A stretch of 64,000 nucleotides of DNA, from the NCBI GenBank assembly GCA_013361065.1, contig JABWAK010000003.1, forward strand, positions 140-64,139, read 5' to 3'. Source of the stretch: Bacteroidota bacterium. GTDB lineage: Bacteria; Bacteroidota; Ignavibacteria; UBA10030; UBA8401. Position numbers and translations under genes: made by a program. Numbering within the stretch: the stretch's first letter is position 1; each line of letters opens with the position of its first letter. The notes under the pieces are model-generated. The model did not search any database. It was given only the letters and a program-made list of their open reading frames with translations, and had not been told where the DNA came from. Of this stretch, positions 58,830-64,000 are shown piece by piece.

Positions 58830-58913
58830 CAGCGGGACCTCCCGCTGCATTGAACAACACCGGCATTTTTGTTATACTATATCCGTCCGCATCACCGGAC
58901 GGATTTTTCATTT

Positions 58914-59834
58914 ATGGAGCATTGCATGCATATCGCCGATATCCTGAAGCAGCCGGCACCCCATTTCAGTTTCGAGTTCTTCCCGCCGAAGACGGAGGAG
59001 GCGTCGAAGGTCCTCTTCGATTCCATCAACGATCTGACCCCGCTCAAACCGTCGTACGTCTCCGTGACCTATGGCGCCGGCGGGTCCACCCGGCAGTTCA
59101 CCCACGATCTGGTCGTGCGTCTGCAGAAGGAGACCCGGCTCAACATCGTTTCCCATCTCACCTGTGTGAATGCAACAAAGGATGAAATCCATGACATCCT
59201 GGCGAAGTACGACGAGAACGGCATCCGCAACATCATGGCGCTGCGCGGCGATCCGCCGAAGGGAGAGGTGGAATTCAGGAAGACGGAGAACGGATTCGCC
59301 TATGCAGCGGAGCTCGTTTCCTACATCAAGAAGAACTTCCCGCACATGGGTGTCGGCGTCGCGGGATTCCCGGAAGGACATCCCAGTACCCCGAACCGTC
59401 TGAAGGAGATCGATAACCTGAAAGCAAAGGTGGATGCCGGAGCCGATTATATCTGCACACAGCTCTTCTTCGACAACCGCGACTTCTACGATTTCTGTGA
59501 GCGGTGCGAGATCGCCGGCATCAAAGTGCCGATCATCGCCGGCATCATGCCGGTCACGACCCGCAAAGGATTCGCCCGTATGGCGGAATTCGCCCTCGGT
59601 GCACGCTTCCCCGCCAAGCTGCTCCGCGCCGTTTCCCGCGCGCAGGACGATGAATATGTGGAGAAGGTCGGCATCCATTGGGCGACGGAACAGGTCCGCG
59701 ATCTGATCGACCGGAATGTCGCCGGCATCCACTTCTATACACTCAACCGTTCCAAGCCGACGCTCAAGATCTACGATTCGCTCGGCATCACATCGTCCGA
59801 CAGTCTGCGCCGCGCACCGGTCCCGCTCGCCTGA
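58914..59834 (+). CDS. metF: Methylenetetrahydrofolate reductase
   Basis: FSFEFFPPKT, VTYGAGGS, ALRGDPP and TQLFFD. The ATG at 58914 was chosen; 58926 is also possible. Confidence 0.92.
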   Translation: MEHCMHIADILKQPAPHFSFEFFPPKTEEASKVLFDSINDLTPLKPSYVSVTYGAGGSTRQFTHDLVVRLQKETRLNIVSHLTCVNATKDEIHDILAKYDENGIRNIMALRGDPPKGEVEFRKTENGFAYAAELVSYIKKNFPHMGVGVAGFPEGHPSTPNRLKEIDNLKAKVDAGADYICTQLFFDNRDFYDFCERCEIAGIKVPIIAGIMPVTTRKGFARMAEFALGARFPAKLLRAVSRAQDDEYVEKVGIHWATEQVRDLIDRNVAGIHFYTLNRSKPTLKIYDSLGITSSDSLRRAPVPLA

Positions 59835-59845
59835 ACGAAGGAGGG

Positions 59846-60508
59846 ATGACCGTGACCGAAGCGCACCGCACCATCGCCGAACAGCTGATCGCCGTCGCAC
59901 ACCGCGTGGATATGCGCGGACTCGTGGCGGCAACGGACGGCAATATCAGTGCACGGCTTCCCGGCGGGACCATCCTCACCACACCGTCCGGCACGAACAA
60001 AGGGATGCTCCGCGCGGAGGATCTCGTAGAGGTGACGATGGACGGTGGGATCATCACCGGCAGCCGGCGTCCTTCCACCGAACTGAAGATGCATCTCTTC
60101 ATCTACCGGCATCGACCCGATATCAACGCCGTCGTTCACTGTCACCCTGTCCACGCCACGGCGATGGCAGCGGCCGGTGTGCCGATGCAGCGGAATGTCT
60201 TTCCGGAAGTGGTGGTGACCCTTGGGGATATCCCCCTGGCGCCGTACGGGACACCATCCACCGATGCGCTGGCGGAATCATTGCGGCCGTTCGTGAACGA
60301 CCATACGGCCATCCTGCTGGCCAATCACGGTGTGGTCACGTATGCGGCGGACCTGTGGGACGCCTGCTTCTTGATGGAAAAAGTGGAGCAGACCGCACAC
60401 ATGTTGTCGGTCGCTGCAGCGTTCGGCGGCGCCCGTCCGCTGACCGCAGCACAGGTCGAAGAACTGAAGCATCTCGCTAACACCACCTATAAAAGGCCGC
60501 AGCCATGA
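59846..60508 (+). CDS. Class II aldolase/adducin-family protein
   Basis: GGAGGG Shine-Dalgarno sequence. GNISARL, HCHPVHATA and LANHGVV. Confidence 0.85.
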   Translation: MTVTEAHRTIAEQLIAVAHRVDMRGLVAATDGNISARLPGGTILTTPSGTNKGMLRAEDLVEVTMDGGIITGSRRPSTELKMHLFIYRHRPDINAVVHCHPVHATAMAAAGVPMQRNVFPEVVVTLGDIPLAPYGTPSTDALAESLRPFVNDHTAILLANHGVVTYAADLWDACFLMEKVEQTAHMLSVAAAFGGARPLTAAQVEELKHLANTTYKRPQP

Positions 60509-61431
60509 TCCGTACGCTCCTTCCGCTTCTGTTCCTGTTCAGTCTGGCAGCCGCACAAGCGCCGTCTCCGTTCCCGGCATCGAAACCGGACAAGAAGCTG
60601 ACGGCGAAACTGCAGGAACTCGTGAAGGATTTCAAGGGGGAATACGGCATCTACGTCCGGCATCTGAAGAGCGGCAGGACCGTGGAGATCAATGCCGATA
60701 CGATGTTCCCCACCGCCAGCATGATCAAAGTGCCGATCATGGCCGGCATCTATAATAAGATCGAAAGCGGCGCGCTGAAGCCTGACTCCATCCTGATGTT
60801 CCGTGATTCGCTCATCTACGAAGGGGAGGATATCGTCGGAACGCTGAAAGACTCGGGCCGGATCGCTCTCGGGAAAGTGATCATGCTGATGATCACCACC
60901 AGCGATAACACCGGCAGCCTCTGGTGCCAGTCCATGGCCGGTACCGGGACCGCGATCAATGCACTGATGGAGCAGAATGGATTCGCGGTGACCCGCGTGA
61001 ATTCCCGCACCCCGGGACGGGAAGCGATGCGCTCCCAGTACGGCTGGGGAGTCACCACACCGCGCGAGATGGCGGAGCTGGTCGTGCGGATCCGCGAAGG
61101 GAAACTGATCTCCCCCTGGGCCAGCGAGCGGATGTACCGGAATCTTGCCCGCATCTATTGGGACGGTGAAGCGCTCTCTGAGATCCCGCCGTATGTGCAC
61201 GCTGCATCCAAGCAGGGAGCGGTCAACCGTTCCCGTTCCGAAGTGGTCCTGGTGAATGCACCGTCCGGCGATTACGTCTTCTGCGTGATCACCAAGAACC
61301 AGCAGGATGAGAGCTGGGTGAATGAGAATGAAGGATATGTGCTGCTGCGGAACGTCTCGCGGACCCTCTGGCAATACTTCGAACCGAAGAGTACATGGAA
61401 GGCGATGGAGGAAAGCCAAAAGTATCACTAA
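60505..61431 (+). CDS. Class A beta-lactamase-fold serine hydrolase (secreted)
   Basis: ATGA overlap with the upstream gene. Signal peptide, SMIK (SxxK), SDN, and KQG in the KTG position. Confidence 0.8.
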   Translation: MIRTLLPLLFLFSLAAAQAPSPFPASKPDKKLTAKLQELVKDFKGEYGIYVRHLKSGRTVEINADTMFPTASMIKVPIMAGIYNKIESGALKPDSILMFRDSLIYEGEDIVGTLKDSGRIALGKVIMLMITTSDNTGSLWCQSMAGTGTAINALMEQNGFAVTRVNSRTPGREAMRSQYGWGVTTPREMAELVVRIREGKLISPWASERMYRNLARIYWDGEALSEIPPYVHAASKQGAVNRSRSEVVLVNAPSGDYVFCVITKNQQDESWVNENEGYVLLRNVSRTLWQYFEPKSTWKAMEESQKYH

Positions 61432-61516
61432 CCGCAACGTTGCGAGGGTGTGATCGAATTTCGAAGAGAAAAAGACCTTTTACAGCAAGGGTATTATACT
61501 GCGTTGTTGTAAGGGA

Positions 61517-61552
61517 ATTGATACATTGATTCATCGGCTCATTGATCCAATA
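61517..61552. repeat. AT-rich CATTGA-family intergenic repeat, copy 4 (left arm flanking the four-helix-bundle gene)
   Basis: attgatacattgattcat at 61517-61534, then the core-like tcattgatccaata at 61539-61552. Confidence 0.8.
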
Positions 61553-61570
61553 ACACTTGAGAGGTGAATC

Positions 61571-61939
61571 TTGTATCCATCTGAAGCACTGAAACAACGT
61601 TCCAAACAATTTGCACTCGGTATAATCTTGCTGTTCCGAGCACTGCCGGCAACAGAAGATGCTCGTGTACTGGGGAAACAACTCTTGCGGTCCGGGACTT
61701 CGGTCGCGGCGAACTACAGGGCATCATGCCGGGCACGATCGAGAGCGGAATTCGTATCCAAGATAGGTGTCGTGGTCGAAGAGGCGGATGAATCGGTCCT
61801 GTGGCTGGAATTGTTGAATGAGACCGGCATCGTGCCGTCCGAACGAACTGCAGCGTTGATGAAGGAGGCGAATGAGTTGCTGGCGATCTTTGCTGCCTCC
61901 TATCACACCGCAAAATATAAAAGCACATCGTCACAATAG
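61571..61939 (+). CDS. Four-helix-bundle protein (23S rRNA intervening-sequence / Avd-like family)
   Basis: 122 aa with a TTG start per the track. FALGIILLFRALP, GKQLLRSGTSVAANYRASCRARSRAEFVSKIGVVVEEADESVLWLELL is characteristic of this family. Confidence 0.85.
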   Translation: MYPSEALKQRSKQFALGIILLFRALPATEDARVLGKQLLRSGTSVAANYRASCRARSRAEFVSKIGVVVEEADESVLWLELLNETGIVPSERTAALMKEANELLAIFAASYHTAKYKSTSSQ

Positions 61940-61957
61940 TGGTTGCCCGTCTACGTA

Positions 61958-61997
61958 ATGAATCAATGTATCAATGAACCAATGACTCAATTTCTCT
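61958..61997. repeat. AT-rich CATTGA-family intergenic repeat, copy 5 (right arm flanking the four-helix-bundle gene)
   Basis: atgaatcaatgtatcaat at 61958-61975 is the exact reverse complement of 61517-61534. It is followed by gaaccaatgactcaatttctc. Confidence 0.85.
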
Positions 61998-62011
61998 AAC
62001 TCCTTCATCTT

Positions 62012-63136
62012 ATGACTAAGCTCAAAATTGGTGTTTTGTTCGGCGGCCGCTCGGCGGAGCACGAGGTCTCGCTCGTCTCAGCGGCATCGGTCATCAATGC
62101 GCTGGACAAATCCAAATACGACGTTGTGCCGATCGGTATCTCCAAGACAGGGCGGTGGCTCAGCGCGGTGAATGCCATCCAGCTGCTCAAGGACCGTTCC
62201 CCGATCGAACAGCTGCCGGAGCATGTGCTGCTGCCCGATCCGCGCAAGCAGTCGCTGGTGAACATCAGCGGTGCGTTCCCGCAGAATGCACAGAAAGTGG
62301 ATGTCATCTTCCCGGTCATCCACGGCACGTTCGGCGAGGACGGGACGATCCAGGGGTTGTTCGAACTGGCGGATATCCCGTACGTAGGAGCAGGTGTGTT
62401 GGGGTCTGCGGTAGGCATGGACAAAGTGGTCGCGAAACAGCTGTTGGAGCATGCCGGGATCCCGGTGACGAAAGGGATCTCCTTCCTCTCATCGCAGTTC
62501 GAGTCCCGCTCGCGCCAGCTGATCGCGGAGATCGAACGGAAACTGAAGTATCCCTGCTTCGTGAAACCGCCCAATCAGGGTTCGAGCGTCGGCATCAGCA
62601 AAGCGCATGACCGCACGGAACTGATCGCGGCCATCCGACTGGCGGCAGAGTACGACCGGAAGGTGCTGGTGGAGAAGGCGGTGAAACAGCCGCGCGAGAT
62701 CGAACTGAGCGTGATGGGGAACGATGAACCGATCGTCTCGCTGCCGGGGGAGATCGTCCCCTCCAACGAGTTCTATGATTACGATGCGAAGTATGTGGAC
62801 GGCAAATCTGCCGCGCATATCCCGGCGAAACTGCCGAAGGCGCTCATCAAGAAACTGCAGGATTGTGCGCTGAAGGCGTACGGGGTGCTCGATTGTGCCG
62901 GCATGGCCAGGGTCGATTTCCTGGTGCAGAAGGACGGCACCTATTTTCTGAACGAGATCAATACGCTGCCGGGATTCACCTCCATCAGTATGTATCCCAA
63001 GATGTGGGAAGCGTCCGGCGTGCCGTACAGCGAGGTGCTGGACCGGCTGATCGGATTTGCGGTGGAACGGCACGAACAGAAGAAACGTCTCAAGACATTC
63101 TATACACCCACGACGGATTGGTACAAACAGCCATGA
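62012..63136 (+). CDS. ddl: D-alanine--D-alanine ligase
   Basis: 374 aa. [38 protein letters not shown] and EINTLPGFT. Confidence 0.95.
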   Translation: MTKLKIGVLFGGRSAEHEVSLVSAASVINALDKSKYDVVPIGISKTGRWLSAVNAIQLLKDRSPIEQLPEHVLLPDPRKQSLVNISGAFPQNAQKVDVIFPVIHGTFGEDGTIQGLFELADIPYVGAGVLGSAVGMDKVVAKQLLEHAGIPVTKGISFLSSQFESRSRQLIAEIERKLKYPCFVKPPNQGSSVGISKAHDRTELIAAIRLAAEYDRKVLVEKAVKQPREIELSVMGNDEPIVSLPGEIVPSNEFYDYDAKYVDGKSAAHIPAKLPKALIKKLQDCALKAYGVLDCAGMARVDFLVQKDGTYFLNEINTLPGFTSISMYPKMWEASGVPYSEVLDRLIGFAVERHEQKKRLKTFYTPTTDWYKQP

Positions 63137-64000
63137 TCTCGAAGGAATTCCTTTCCAAGATCCCCATCTTCAAGTTCCTGCCGGAGGAGGACCACGTCTC
63201 GCTGGTGAGTCTTTGGCGCGTCCGTGCCCTGAAGGCGGGGGAGACGCTTTTCCGGAAAGGGGAACCAGGCTCCTCCATGTTCGTCATCGAAGAAGGGGAG
63301 ATGGAGATCGTCCTGCCGGTCGATCCGCCGGTGAATGAAGTGCAGCTCTCCATCCTGCGTGAAGGGGAATTCTTCGGTGAGCTCTCGCTCTTCGCCGATA
63401 CACCCCGCACCGCGACGGCGCGCGCCGTGACCGATACGAAGCTGGTCGAGATGCAGCGGGGCGATTTCATCACCTTCGTGATGGAACGTCCGTCGGTCGG
63501 CATCTCCATGCTGAGCGAGATGGCCAAGCGGCTGCAGATGACCAACGAACTCATCTCCAACCTTGCCTCCAAGAATCCGAACGAGGAGATCGAGGAGAAA
63601 CTGACCTTCGGTGACCGGATCGCGGACAAGATCGCGGAGTTCGGCGGCAGCTGGAAGTTCATCATTGCGTTCGGCGTCTTCATGGCGATTTGGATCGGTC
63701 TGAACGTGCTCCAGTTCCTGTTCCAGCCGTTCGATCCTTATCCCTTCGTCTTCCTGAATCTGATGCTCTCCACCGTGGCCGCGCTCCAGGCGCCGGTCAT
63801 CATGATGAGCCAGAACCGCGCGCAGAAGAAGGACCGGCTGAAAGCCGACCTCGATTATCAGGTGAACGTGAAGTCCGAACTGATGCTGCAGCAGATGCAT
63901 CAGAAGATGGACCGGCTGATGGACGAGGAATTCGCCCATGTGCGCCGCGAGCTGGAAGCGATGCGGACCACGAAACCGAAGCGGACCTCCGCAAAGAAAT
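63133..64000 (+). CDS. Cyclic-nucleotide-binding domain + DUF1003 membrane protein (3-prime end beyond the window)
   Basis: Not in the supplied ORF track; I translated it by hand. ATGA overlap with ddl. [16 protein letters not shown]...GEPGSSMFVIEEGEMEI...FFGELSLF..PRTATARA (cNMP-binding), then FGGSWKFIIAFGVFMAIWIGLN...FDPYPFVFLNLMLSTVAALQAPVIMMSQNRAQKKDR (DUF1003-like). The frame stays open to nt 64000. Confidence 0.85.
   Translation, partial: MISKEFLSKIPIFKFLPEEDHVSLVSLWRVRALKAGETLFRKGEPGSSMFVIEEGEMEIVLPVDPPVNEVQLSILREGEFFGELSLFADTPRTATARAVTDTKLVEMQRGDFITFVMERPSVGISMLSEMAKRLQMTNELISNLASKNPNEEIEEKLTFGDRIADKIAEFGGSWKFIIAFGVFMAIWIGLNVLQFLFQPFDPYPFVFLNLMLSTVAALQAPVIMMSQNRAQKKDRLKADLDYQVNVKSELMLQQMHQKMDRLMDEEFAHVRRELEAMRTTKPKRTSAKK

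Noticed and set aside
61571-61939. Four-helix-bundle gene as the Avd component of a diversity-generating retroelement
   Set aside because: No reverse transcriptase gene and no template/variable repeat pair is present in the surrounding sequence.
1-64000. tRNA, rRNA, tmRNA or RNase P genes in the longer intergenic gaps (2799-3055, 9026-9190, 11546-11667, 29838-30016, 41761-41966, 54823-54923)
   Set aside because: I recognised no cloverleaf-compatible segments or conserved RNA motifs by eye. This is a weak negative and should be confirmed with tRNAscan-SE/Infernal.

Overview
GC-rich (about 60-67% in sampled lines) chromosomal DNA from a diderm bacterium. I call about 57 protein genes, 48 on the + strand plus one 9-gene minus-strand block at 33.6-41.8 kb. 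A 285-aa primary sigma factor, a parA-parB-DUF5683 cluster and lpxB/lpxK/lgt suggest an FCB-group organism (Bacteroidota/Ignavibacteriota/Chlorobiota-like); this is inference only. Most genes are housekeeping: pruA, sucC, gatB, tpiA, smc, lpxB/lpxK, queA, ispD, plsY, gpsA, hisS, lgt, corA, deoB, rpoD, def, fmt, crcB, parAB, maeB, metF, ddl. I saw no rRNA, tRNA, CRISPR array, integrase or transposase. The main finding is a compositionally foreign island (4610-6235, about 33-45% GC in sampled lines) sitting exactly between pruA and sucC. It holds two translationally coupled genes: a DUF262/ParB-like protein (DGQQR motif) with no visible nuclease domain, and a small HEPN protein (Rx4H motif). I treat this pair as a candidate uncharacterised defence or abortive-infection module. 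Other accessory items are a RelE/ParE toxin-antitoxin pair just downstream of sucC and an AbrB-PIN (VapBC-like) pair between deoB and rpoD. There is also a 940-bp non-coding stretch (520-1460) made of 81-82-bp tandem repeats and perfect hairpins. An AT-rich intergenic repeat family with core TCA(A/T)TGATCCATTGA occurs at five sites, and two of those copies form an 18-bp perfect inverted repeat around a four-helix-bundle (IVS/Avd-family) gene. A GAF-GGDEF protein has a degenerate active site but keeps the RxxD I-site. One real gene at the right edge (63133-64000, cNMP-binding + DUF1003) is missing from the supplied ORF track. All product calls come from motif recognition by eye; no searches were run.
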